DNA of 64,000 bases, taken from positions 13,578,001-13,642,000 of the forward strand of contig OX597828.1 of assembly GCA_951406725.2 (NCBI GenBank), in the 5' to 3' direction. A program made the translations under genes and the position numbers. Source of the stretch: Octopus vulgaris. Its lineage: Eukaryota. The notes beneath the pieces were generated by a model. The model did no database searches and was not told where the DNA came from. It saw only the letters and a program-made list of their open reading frames with translations. This document shows positions 25,309-37,561 of the stretch, in pieces. Numbering within the stretch: position 1 is the stretch's first letter; each line of letters starts with the position of its first letter.

Positions 25309-25855
25309 TAAAATTTGAATTTTGTATAATTTATCAAAGAGATATAAAATTTGAATTTTGTATAATATATCGAATGGCAGTGTTTTAAAAATTTGAAGTA
25401 ATACTATAAAATGGTGTTTGTTTGAAATATAAATTAAAAATGAAAAATTACTGCTTTTGATTTTGGTAATATATTTTAAACATTATCATCATCATCGTTT
25501 AATGTCTGTTTTCCATACTGTCATGGGTTGGACGGTTTGACTGAAAACTGGTAAGCTGGGGAGCTGTACCAGGTTTCATTGTGATTCAGGATGGCTTCTA
25601 TAGCTGGATGCCCTTCCTAATGCCAACCACTCCAAGAGTATAGTAGGTGCTTTTTATGTCCCCCTGGCATGGGTGCCAATTACAAAACACTGACATCAGC
25701 CATAATTATGCTTTCACATGGTTTAATCACTCTTCTCAAGCATGACATATTGCCAAAGGTCTCGGTCACTTGTCACTGCCTCTGTGAGGCTCAAAATATT
25801 ATATAATGTATATTGTTTTCGTTTTTATTTTTATTTTTGTTTTTATTTTTCACAG

Positions 25856-25985
25856 CCAGATGTCATTGATGAGGAATTTGCTAGCACCTGTGAACTGCCT
25901 GACAACTGTTATACAAGTGCTGCTTCAAAACTGATATTTCCACGTGGCATAAGGATTGATTATCTGCTGTTTCGGTCTAATTCAG
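25856..25985 (+). CDS. SMPD2: SMPD2-like exon
   Basis: cacag|CCA..TCAG|gtacta; PDVIDEEFASTCELPDNCYT..FPRGIRIDYLLFRSNS. Confidence 0.9.
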
Positions 25986-27141
25986 GTACTATAGCTGCTG
26001 CTGCTACTGCTACTACTACTACTACTACTACTACTACTATTACTATTACTACTACTGCTGCTGCTGCCACTACCTCCATCACCACCACCATCACCATCAC
26101 CACCATCATCACCACTTTTGCCATTGTTGCATCATCATTCATCATCAGAACCATCAGTATCATCGCCACCACTAGAACCATATAAAAGCACCTGTGCAGG
26201 TGCCGTACAGAAACACCTGTGCCAGTGGCATGTAAAAACACCCATGCTGGTACCACATTAAAACACCTGTGCCAGCTCCACTTAAAAGCACCTGTAATGG
26301 TGCTATGTAAAAGCACCTTTGAGAGTGCCAAATACAAAGGACCAATGCTGGTACCTTGTAAAGAGTACCCAACACACTCTGTAAAGCGGCTGGCACTAGG
26401 AAGAGCACCCAGCTGGAGCAAATCACACCAAAACAGACAATTGGAACTTGGAGCTGCTCTCCGTCTGGCCAACATCCAAACCATGCCAGCATAGAAAACA
26501 GATGTTAAATGATGATGATGATGATGATTTCCTGTGCTGGTATGGGTCAGATGGAATTCATTGAGGCAGATTTTCAACTTTGATTTGTATTCTTTTTGGG
26601 GGTCAATTAGAATTATGTATCAGTGGAGTTCTGAGATAAATTATAATTGGCTGTTCTTTAATTGCCAGCAAATTTCAGCAAATTAGAAATAATGATAATT
26701 ATTACTATTTATTTATTTGTTTTACCATTTCATACAATACTGTTTGTCAATTCTTGCAACCCAAATGAATTCTTTATTCATTATGATCACTGACCAAGAT
26801 ATCCGGCACGCATAATAGTGTGACTTTTCCTTCCTTCCTTCCTCCTTCCCTCCCTCCCTCCCTCCCTCCCTCCCTCCCTCCTTCCTCCCCTCCCCCTCCT
26901 TCCATTCCTTCCACCCCTCCCTCCCGCCCTTCCTTCCTTCCTTCTTCCCCTTCCTCTTTCTTTCTTTCTTTCTTTTATTTTCTTTCTTTTCATTTTTTCT
27001 TTTTATTCTCTAAACTAGAACTGAAAATAAATTGTGTCTCTCACTCTAATCTGAGCTATAAAAATAAATAAATAAATAAATAATTAATTGAATCTTTTAA
27101 AAATCACAGAAAGCTAACAAGAGCAATTTAATATGTTTTAG

Positions 27142-27261
27142 GTACAGACATAACCGTTAATCATTATGAAAGGGCGTTTGGAAAGATTCCTGATGATTCC
27201 CGGAACTACTCTGACCATGAAGGAGTTTCGGCTACCTTCAGTTTAATGAGTGCACCTACAG
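27142..27261 (+). CDS. SMPD2: SMPD2-like exon (catalytic SDH)
   Basis: ttttag|GT..ACAG|gtaaga; TDITVNHYERAFGKIPDDSRNYSDHEGVSATF. Confidence 0.9.
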
Positions 27262-27573
27262 GTAAGATTCACTCAAAAAGCATTTAATTCAGGCAAATTT
27301 CATTGAAACATTTTAGTCCAATATCAAAAGAGAAGAAGAAAATGTTTTCGCTTTTTAACCGTCACCCCTTAGATCAGCCCTGATAAAACGGACCTTATTA
27401 TGAAAAGCACTACAGGTATGACAGCCTAATTTTTTAGGGCTATATTCCACCTGTAATATGTTCAAACTGACAAGATCTAACCTGTCATACCTGCCCTACA
27501 ATAAAACATATAACTAGATCACAAAAAGTATAAAAATGAATCAGCATAAGTAATAAGTAATAATAATAATAAG

Positions 27574-27620
<47 letters not shown>

Positions 27621-28161
27621 TAATAATAATAATAAGTATATATGCATATACATATATATTTATATGTGTATGTCTTTGTGTCTGTGTTTGCCTTCCCCCC
27701 ACCATTGCTTCACAACACATGTTGGTGTGTTTACATCCCTGTAACTTAGCAGTATAGCAAAATAGACTTATAGAATAAGTACTAGGCTTGCAAAGAGTAA
27801 GTCATGGGGGAGATTTTTTTGGCTAAAAAACCTTTTATGGCGGTGCCCCAGCATGGCTACAGTCAAATGACTGAAACAAGTAAAAGATTAAAAGAATAGA
27901 AGAAAGGTCTCATCATTGAAATCTTGAAGCTACGAGATAATGCAGGATTAATTCAAAATGTGAATAGATAAGCTTTGTATTTGGCAGAATAATCCGAATG
28001 CTAAAGGGTTAAAAGCCTTTGAATTTTACCTAAAACAGAAACATTGCAGATGTTGCTGCACTCCGTTTTGTCTTTCCAAAAAGCCTAGAACCTGGTTGTT
28101 ATACTTAAATGTACCCCTCTTATCTTCATTCAAAATTTAACACAATTCTTTTCATTTTCAG

Positions 28162-28496
28162 CTCAAGCATGTCCAGCCAGAGATGCTGTACTTCTTTCAG
28201 ACCATCTTCAGGCAATGAACAGTGAAATCAGCATAAATGCATGCAAATTGTCTTCAGATAAAACATTTTGGATTGTATTGGCAATATTCAGTACCGTCAT
28301 CATGTTCTTAATGAATTGCTTCAGTGTGGGAGGAACATTTAATCCCACTTTCATGAATCTATTGATAGCTCTTCCAGCTATCAGCATAATCATCTGCATA
28401 TGGAATGGTGTTGTGATAAATAACATTGAATCCAAGGTGTTTGCAGCAACGAAAGAAGAGGCCAAATACCTTTTGAACAGCAAAAAGGAAAACTGA
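28162..28496 (+). CDS. SMPD2: SMPD2-like last coding exon (two C-terminal transmembrane helices)
   Basis: ttttcag|CT; in frame to TGA at 28494-96; hydrophobic segments FWIVLAIFSTVIMFLM and LLIALPAISIIICIW, as in nSMase1. Confidence 0.85.
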
Positions 28497-28805
28497 AATT
28501 GTTTCCATTTTCTCTTCAAATTTAACATAATTTTATATACATATCAGTTACATTTTTATATTATATTTTTAAATATCCTCTTCAGCCACCTTGGTTGAAG
28601 CAGTTACTATGGAAATGTTATTGTTAGGCCACTGCCAGAAGTTGTTGTTATTTGTTAATGTTGTTGTTATAACTCTGATGAAAATTATCTAGCCATGACC
28701 ATCCAGACTGTTTCTTAAGTACAACGAACAAAGAACCACATTATTCAATATGCATCCCCACATTGCAAATTCCTCAGTATATTGCAGGTTTCTGCAGCCA
28801 ATAGG

Positions 28806-29315
28806 TACCGTAAATTCTTGAGTATAGTCTGCCCATGAGTATAATATGCAGGGGATTTTTAGGGGGCTGTACCTTTGAAAAACCTAAACCTTGTGTATAA
28901 TACGCACCTCTTCTCTAACTTGAGTCAAGGAGCTCTGTATAACATCCTTGGTTTGTAAAAATGTATACGGTAATGTCCTTTATTATTATTGTATATATAA
29001 CATAATGCAAACGTGTAGCTTTTTTGTGCCTTTTGTTCACAGAAAATAAAGAAATAACAGTAATAATGTTTAATAAATGTTGCTTACTGCAAGTTATGGA
29101 TGATTCTTTGATGACTTCATTGCTTTCAGGCTTAGCTTAAGGTATTTTCACGCCCGAGATCACAAAATGCGTCTGAATAAACATTGCCGGACAGCAAATA
29201 GAGACTTGGACATTGCTTAGAAAATATTTTTCAACCTCGTATATAGTACGCACCAGGGATTTTGACCTTTAAATTTTGGGAAAAAAATGCGGATTATACA
29301 TGAGGATTTACGGTA
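28806..29315. mobile_element. Tc1/mariner-pogo-type MITE with TA TSD
   Basis: Inverted ends TACCGTAAATTCTTGAGTATAGTCTGC and GCGGATTATACATGAGGATTTACGGTA. Confidence 0.75.
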
Positions 29316-30769
29316 ATTATATTTTTTTAGATTCTAATTTTTTCTGTGGTAAAATAAGCATTTCCATGCCCCAAAATTAATAAATAAAAATGCACTACAG
29401 CACTGCACTGTATAACATATTAATCAAAATATATTAAAAGGAAATACGTAGTGTACCGTAGATGAATAAACAAAGAATCGCATATACTGTATGGAAAACG
29501 AAACTCGGGAGGCAAGTGTGGTGTTGTTTTGCATTTATAATAAAAAATATATATACAAATTATAAAAGTAATAAAAAAAAATACAGTCCAGTACTGATTT
29601 TACATTGCAGATTTTCACCTATCATGGGGGGTTTTGGAACGTAATACCCAAGATAGTCGAGGGATTATATATATATATATGTATATATATAAAATGCTAT
29701 CATGTAGTTTGAGGGCTATTTGGCAACTATTTCTAGTAGGCTGAGTGACCATTATAGGCTCCTTTGTTGATTTGGTAGCTGCATTCAGCATCTGATGCAG
29801 TGCTGCATTCATTTTAAAATTAACTGTGATAAACTGGAATCATATCTCAAAAGAAATATGTCCCTCATCTACTCAATGCTAAAGAGGAAAGGAGATAATC
29901 ACTAGCCTGGTGCATTAAAGAAGTTTATGAAAGAAAATGAACCCTTTAGCATTTAAACTGGCCATATTTGGCCCAAATGTTCTACTTGTTTTATGTTGAA
30001 ACTGGTCAGATCCAACCTCTCACACATACTCTACAATGTAAACAACCTCTCACACATACTCTAGATGTAAACAATCACCTCATCAAAATCTCAATGCTAT
30101 GAGATAATGCATGATTAATTCAGAAGAATGTGATTAAATAAGCCTTACATTTGCCAGAGCAATCTGAAGGCTAAAGGGTCGATAGACATATTCAAACACT
30201 CTCATATTCACATGTTACTGAGTCCATTCTTTATGTTTGAGTTAAAAGATGAACCTTATTAAGTGCAGGCCGATAGGTGAATAGTGTATTAAATACATTG
30301 TGTAGGAAATTTGGATTGAAAGCTCTATTTTGGATGTATGTTTATCTTGTGTCTTTTATTTGTTTTGGTTATTAGACTGCGGTCATGCTGGGGCACCACC
30401 TTGAAGAGTCTTTTCAGTTGAATGAATCATCGCCAGATATAGATATGGCAGGCTTCTTTCAGTTTCTGTCTACCAAATCCACTCACAAGGTTTTGGTTGG
30501 CCTGAAGCTATTGTAGAAGACACTTGCCAAAGGTGCCATGCATTGGGACTGAACCTGAAACCATGTGGTTGGGAAGCAAGCTTCTTATCACAGAGCCATG
30601 CCTGCACCTATATATATATATGTATATAATTGGCAAGTAATGTAAGATCACAGTGTCACATAACCAGCTCATTTAAAAAGTACCTTTTACTCAAGTAAAA
30701 TCAAAAATCAAAAATCAAATTTTCATAATCAGAATCTCAATCAAATCGAAATCAAAATGGAAATTGTAG

Positions 30770-31203
30770 TTGTGGCTGATGCTAGTACTGCCTCATTGGT
30801 TCCTGTGCTGGTGGCACGCAATAAGCACCATTCATGTGTGGGTCATTGCCAGTGCACCTGATTGGTTCTTCATGCTGGTGGCACGTAAAAAGCAAGCACC
30901 ATCTGAACATGGTTGACGCCAGCTCCCCGTCCCAACTGGCTCCTGTGCCGGTAGCATGTAAAAAGCACTATCCGAACATGACCGATGCCAGTGCTGCCTG
31001 ATTGGCTCCCGTGCCAGTGACATATAAAAAGCACCCACTACACTCTCAGAGTGGTTGGCATTAGGAAGGGTATCCAGCTGTAGAAACCTTGCCAGATAAG
31101 ATTCGAGCCTGGTGCAACCTTCTGGCTTGCCAGTCCCCCAGTCAAACCATCCAACTCATGCTAGCATGGAAAACAGACATTAAACGATGATGATGATGAT
31201 GAT
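30770..31203 (+). mobile_element. RTE-tail-like SINE/LINE remnant ending in (GAT)n, with internal GGCACGTAAAAAGCAC repeats (many copies, e.g. 26180-26528, 45045-45310, 45700-45945, 55060-55290, 57230-57388, 58915-59175, 59727-60005, 63895-64000)
   Basis: Conserved GGAAGGGCATCCAGCTGTAGAAA..CATGCTAGCATGGAAA..TAAACGATGATGATG block in many dispersed copies. The RTE assignment is inference. Confidence 0.75.
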
Positions 31204-31266
31204 ATACATATATATGTGAACTTTAGGTTAGTTAAAAGTATGTTTGTGACATATTTCCACTGCTAA

Positions 31267-31344
<78 letters not shown>

Positions 31345-31352
31345 TAATAAGG

Positions 31353-31401
<49 letters not shown>

Positions 31402-31476
31402 TAGGGAGTATAACTCCAAACTTACAGGGAAAAATTCAATTTAGTATTAAATCAAATTTCACAATATAAATACATA

Positions 31477-31708
31477 AAATATAAATTAGGGATAAAACCA
31501 CTATTATGCAACTCAAACAGTGACAGACATAAGCCAAAATATAAATAACATATAAAATATATTTTTATAAAACATATATTCATTTTTATACTTTTTCAGA
31601 TCTAGTTATATGTTTTATAAAAATATATTTTATTTGTTATTTATGCTTTGGTTTATGTCTATCACTGTTTGAGTTGCATAACAGTCGTTTTATCTCTAAT
31701 TTATATTT
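31477..31708. repeat. Imperfect ~100-bp-arm inverted repeat
   Basis: Arms at ~31477-31578 and ~31607-31708 (TTATGCAACTCAAACAGTGA / TCACTGTTTGAGTTGCATAA). Confidence 0.9.
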
Positions 31709-32069
31709 GATATATATATATCTTGGGCAAGTGTCTTCTGCTATAGCCTCGGGCCGACCAATGCCTTGTGAGTGGATTTGGTAGACGGAAACTGAAAGAA
31801 GCCTGTCGTATATATGTATATATATATGTGTGTGTGTGTTTGTGTGTCTGTGTTTGTCCCCCTAGCATTGCTTGACAACCGATGCTGGTGTGTTTACGTC
31901 CCCGTCACTTAGTGGTTCGGCAAAAGAGACCGATAGAATAAGTACTGGGCTTACAAAGAATAAGTCCCGGGGTCGATTTGCTCGACTAAAGGCAGTGCTC
32001 TAGCATGGCCGCAGTCAAATGACTGAAACAAGTAAAAGAGTAAAGAATAAAAGAGATATATATATAGAG

Positions 32070-32248
32070 AGAGAGAATTAAGAGACAGAACCTCCATCAA
32101 AGTAATTTAATTAATAGTGAAAGATATTATCTATAACAAGATATAAATTTAAATATATTATTAATATTGTACTAAATTTTGTTATAGATAATATCTTTCA
32201 CTATTAATTTAATTACTTTGATGGAGGTTCTGTCTCTTAATTCTCTCT
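32070..32248. repeat. Near-perfect 70-bp-arm inverted repeat
   Basis: AGAGAGAATTAAGAGACAGAACCTCCATC..CTATAACAA (32070-32139) is the reverse complement of 32179-32248. Confidence 0.92.
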
Positions 32249-32339
32249 ATATATAATATATCGTGAAATTTGATTTAGTATTACTAAATTGAGTTTTCTT
32301 TCCCCTGTTGCCTTGGAATTTTCTATCCCCTACTATTTC

Positions 32340-33975
32340 GGTCAGCATTCATCACTCCACTCTTACCACCTCCATTCACTGCAAACGCACAGACTCACAC
32401 TCATACATAAACTTCTCTTCCTCCCACCCCAAACACACCAAGCTTTCCATCCCCTATTCCCAATTCTTCCGTCTACGCAGGCTCTGTAGTGACGACCATG
32501 ACTTTGAGACTCAGTCTCAACTCATGGCTTGCCACTTCATCCTACGTGGATACCCCCTCACCACTATCCACACCGCCCTTGCCAGAGCATGTTCCATAGA
32601 CCGTGCATCTGCTTCTCCCCCCGAACCCACCCTGTAGTCTCCCGCCTCCCTTTTCCCCTCACTTACCACCCCACGACCCTACCTCTCCAACGCACCATTC
32701 TTCGAGCTTTCCAGCATCTCCAGTCCGACCCGTCCACTTCACACCTCTTCCCTAACCGACCCCTCCCCTCCTTCAAACGAGCCCATAACCTACGAGACCT
32801 CTTGGTCCACAGCTCCTTCCCTGACCCTACCTCACAACCTGGCTCGTTCCCCTGCTCCCGCCCACGTTGCCGCACTTGCCCTTACCCCTCCAACACCACC
32901 CTCCTCACTGGCACCCATCATCGACTCTATCGCATCATCAACTCCTTCACCTGCACCTCCAGCAATATCATCTATTGCATCTCCTGCTCTCTCTGCCATT
33001 CCCTGTACATTGGACAAATGGGACGCCGCTTGGCTGACCGGTTCACGGAACACCTCCGTGACATCCGCTTTGCAAACGACACACCGGTCTCACGCAATTT
33101 CCGCTCCACCGGTCACTCCTTGCAACACCTGTCTGTGTTCGGATTGTCCTTGCACAGAGGCCAGCTGGATTCCCGTTTGCGCCGTGAACAGGAATTAATC
33201 TTCTCTCTTTCACACCATTTGGTCTCAACTCTCCCCCCCCCCTTCTCATCTAACCTCCCCCTATCATCTAGCTTCCCCCCGACTCCTACTTCTCTTCAGT
33301 TCTTCATCTTTTCACCCCACTCTCTTTCCTCTTCCCTCTCTCTTTCTCTCTGCTCCCTCACTCCCCTCCTTTCCCATCCCCCTCCTCTCCTTCCTTCTTT
33401 CCCCCCTCACCTCATCTCTCTTCCCTCCTCCACTCCTCCCTCACTCTTCTCTCCCCCTTTCACTCTCCCCACAACCCCCACTCTACCCCAACTTCCAGCC
33501 GAACCCACACTCCACCTCCCCCTTTCACTCTCCCCACAACTCCCACTCTACCCCAACCCCCAGCCGAACCCACACCCCACATAGGCTTTCCCCACCTCCC
33601 ACCACACTACACTACACCATACGACATTACACATCATATACATACATACACCCATCCAGACCTTTCATACGCACATACATACTCTCTCATACACACACGC
33701 ACCCTTATGTTGGGGCGAGGTCATTTGACCTTGTTATCTCCCCTACTATCCCTCTTGCGTCTAACGTCTGATCTCTGACTTCTGGTCGAAATCAGACCAC
33801 CATGTTGATTCGTTAGCTCCTGCACGCATTTTTTTTTCTCTCCTTGTTTCTCTCTGTGTTTCTTTTCTGTGTATCTTTCTATCGAAGAGCGTAGGCTCGA
33901 AACGTAAAAGACTTGTTTTATTTCTATTCCTGAGTGCCATACTAATACCATTGTTTGTTTGTACTCCACCTGCCT
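32340..33975 (+). mobile_element. 5'-truncated Penelope-like element (RT C-terminus, GIY-YIG, pyrimidine-rich 3' region, hammerhead remnant); different lineage from the element at 1-2787
   Basis: TSIHCKRTDSHSYINFSSSHPKHTKLSIPYSQFFRLRRLCS..RGYP, a frameshift near 32620, then PLTYHP..NLRDLLVHS..CSRPRCRTCP..TCTSSNIIYCISCSLCHSLYIGQ..RFTEH. Confidence 0.85.
33874..33911 (+). ncRNA. Minimal hammerhead-like motif with altered core; relative at 48361-48398
   Basis: TCTTT CTATCGA A GAGC gtag GCTC GAAAC GTA AAAGA. Stems I and II and GAAAC-GTA are perfect, but CTATCGA replaces CTGANGA. Confidence 0.6.
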
Positions 33976-33984
33976 TGGAATCGT

Positions 33985-34530
33985 GCTGTAACATTCCATT
34001 AGCTTTGAGCCTTTCTCTAATGTGCACTGGAATAATTTCATAAAAAGACCACAAGGCTATGTATCATCTTCCGAATAAAGATCCTGAAAAGCTTCCTTTT
34101 TGTTTCCTAGAATTCGTTTGCACAAAGAAAATGAACAATATCAACAATGGAACTGATAATAATGGTTTGTGCTAAACTGATCATTTTGCAAGATTGAAGA
34201 CATGGGTGTTGTTGTGGATAAACGCTGTTGGCGTTCCTTCCATGTTACCATAGCTTGGATATGGGATGCAGAGTTTGTTTTTTCTTTTGCATGATGCCAA
34301 TTAGAATATCCATTTTTAATAAAACAAGTATCATCTTGAGCAGAAGTATTAAAGTGCCGACAAGCAAAACAAAACAAAGCTTTCTTTGAAAGAGAATACT
34401 CTAGCCATAAATGACCAGTATACCAGCTTCACGAGAAGTCACATCTCTGATTTCCATAAATTTTTGGATCAAACTTTGCTAGAACTGGCTGCACTGGTTG
34501 GCAGTCGACCTGTCCTAGATCATCCGATGA
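33985..34530 (-). mobile_element. hAT transposase N-terminal remnant (TTF-type zinc finger, ZMYM1-like)
   Basis: Minus strand WYTGHLWLEYSLSKKALFCFACRHF..FIKNGYSNWHHAKEK..HIQAM. Confidence 0.75.
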
Positions 34531-37529
34531 GGGTGTCAAAGACTTTGCAAGACCTCCCTTGAGCTGCGAAACTTCGTTTGCAATTCTCTTCTGCTTAGCA
34601 TTATTAAATGAATCAGATTAGAAATTCAGCAATAACTTACAACACATTCTGTGACCTCTTCAGGGACTCTCCATCTCACATATCTCCTCTTGTCCATTGA
34701 GAACGGACTAAGCAGGACAGGAGGAGACACACAGGATGGAGAGTTGCTGAAGAGGCCACAGGGTGTGTGATGAAAGATTTCCAGACAAAAGACACTAAAA
34801 GGAGAAGAATGGATAAAGCTGAAATGAAGAACAAGAATATAGTGCATGTGTTTATTTGATAAGAAAAAAGAAGGAAAAAAAGACCATCCCAAAACATAAG
34901 GTCTAATTATAATCCATTGGTAAGGAAATCTGCAACACTGCTGTTGTTTATTTCATTCTCTTTCACGTGGCAGTAGAGGAATTGGTAGATCACCTGTCAA
35001 GATGGTTTGTGGTTCCTGGTTATGCCTCTTTATATTTTAAGTTCAGGTTTCACACAGATCCACTTTGCTTTTTGTCCTGAAGTTAATAAAATAAGAACCC
35101 TGGAGAGTGATGCTCCAGAATGGCCAAAGACCAACACCTGAAATCAGTCAATGCAATAAGTGTGCACTATTTGTATTTACATCCATTCATTCTTTACACA
35201 ATACTAGATGAATTCTTGAATAATATAAAGTAACTAAGGCAGTGACCTGGCAGAAACATTACCACACACGGCAAAATGCTTAGTAGTATTTCATATGTCT
35301 TTACGTTCTGAGTTCAAATTTCGACTTTGCCTTTCATCCTTTCGGGGTTGATAAATTAAGTACCGGTTATGTACTGAGTTGATCTAATTGACTGGCCCTC
35401 ACCCTGCAAATTTCGGGCCTTGTGCCTAGAGTAACTAGCAAACCAGCTTGCAATGCTGTGCTGGGGAGACAGAATTGATTAGCTTCTGGCTGATCTGAAA
35501 ATGGAAAATGAAAGGACACCCAGAACAATTTGAAACTTATAAATCTGTGCATGTGGTTTGTCAAATACAACTCTTGGAATATTGACTGAATGACTTGTCA
35601 CTTTTCAGTAAGTAAATTAACATCCCAGTGCTGCAACATGTATTGTGTACTTACTACATTTTGTGCACTTGAAGCAGTCCAATGCATAGAAATGAATATG
35701 CTGGATGAGGCCATAGAAGTAATGAATAGACAATATAATAAATGATATATATTTGCTCAACCACACATGCAGAGTGGTGCAGTGGATGTGTGCTGGGTAC
35801 AAAACCTAGAGTTCTGTACATTGAAACTATACTCTGTAAGGAAAAGGAAGCTCATCATCATTTAACTCCTGTTTTCCATGCTGGCATAGGTTGGACAGCT
35901 TGACAGGAGTTGGCAAGCAAGAGAACAACACCAGGTTCCAATTGCCTGCTTTTGCATGGTTTCTATGGCTGGATGCCCTTCTTAATGCTAACCACTTTAC
36001 AGAATGTACTGGGGCCACATACATGGCACCAGCATTGGTGCATTTTACGTGGCATTAACATTTATATCTCCAACTGAGTTGTCTACAGATAGACGTACTA
36101 TGTACATGTAAGTATACCCACAAAGGCAAGTAATTATATAATAAAATGGAAATTTATACAAAGTCAAAGATTCAGCAACTGACTAGGGTACACCAAATAG
36201 GTAGAGATTACAACAAGACTTTTCACTTAGTCTATAGGATTGTTGAACTTACAGATCATGAATGAAAATACATGGCAACAGACCATGTTTGTGGTGATTT
36301 AAATTCACTTCAATGCCTCATGGTTCCACGTTCAAATCTATTGTGTGGCATCTGTGTATGTTTCTGATACCAGTGATGTAATCAATAGAATTTAACATTA
36401 AAAATAAATCCCTTTTGTTCTTCTGTTAGCATATTCCTGTCGAAATATACTGCTTTTGTTTCAATTAATTTAAAAATAATGAAGAATCAATTAAAATAAC
36501 TGTCATTATTATAATGGTGTTTGGAACATAAATTAACATGACATTTTGCTGGAAAATTGTAATTTAGATCACTTTAAATCATGAAGCCTGTATAAGAATC
36601 AGATGTGGTCTCAGACAGGTTTTTATCAAAAGTTAACGCATTGCCACAAGTTGATTTTAACTATTTCTTTAAAAACAATACAACACTCCCTGACAACTTA
36701 TTGCTTTCCTTTCCATCAGCATTTCAAATATATTCTTATAATTGTTGTCATTTTTAGAACTTGAAATTCTTAATCATCATCAACAGAGTTTGAAGTGTGA
36801 ACAATACAAGGTTTATCACATAAGACATGTATAAGGTCCTGGGAGGGTAGAAAAATAGGGTATTTCCAATGCAGCACTCAATCCAAGCTTTAGGCTATTT
36901 ATACTGTCAGATTCCAGACAAATATTGAAATTCTTCAGGTGTGGAAAATCCAGGCTTCACATTAGTAAAACTATTGTGTGAGTTTAGCAAAGAGCAAAAT
37001 ATAATCCAACTAAGACAAAGAAAGACTTCAAAACATCTCCTTTTCCTCCTCGTCGTCTTCGTCCTCCTCTTCAGTCTTCTCCTTCCTCTTCCACTGCTTC
37101 TTTATCCCCTAAGCATAATTTTATCTACTTTGTTAGTCACAACTTTACTTGCCCTGCCCATCTTTTCACCAGTCTATTTACATTTTCATTTACTTTGTTT
37201 CCTCCTATTACAAACAAAACACAAAGCCTGTCAGATGCACAATGTAAGAGTGCACCTCTGCTGCAGATCTGAAGAAGTGATGCTCTAATGTCTAAAACTG
37301 CAAACATTGCATAAATTTTCATTTGGAAAGTGATATTTTTTTATTATCCCTAATAAATACTTCAATTATATTTAAAATCTAACTAGTGTTGAAAGCAGAG
37401 TTCGTACCGAGAAAATTGTGACTGATTATTAAAGATATATCAAAGTCTTTCTTTGTCTTCCCAGTTTGATTATATTCTTTTATTCTTTTACTTGTTTGAC
37501 TGCAACCATGCTGGAGCACCACACTGAGA

Positions 37530-37561
<32 letters not shown>

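Noticed and set aside
26180-26330. CRISPR-like short repeats (AAAAGCACC..GTG) with spacers
   Set aside because: Irregular degenerate internal repeats of a eukaryotic SINE; no cas genes.
33230-33584. Pro/Ser-rich C-terminal extension of ORF 32529-33584
   Set aside because: Read-through into the pyrimidine-rich 3' region after a frameshift at the end of the GIY-YIG domain.
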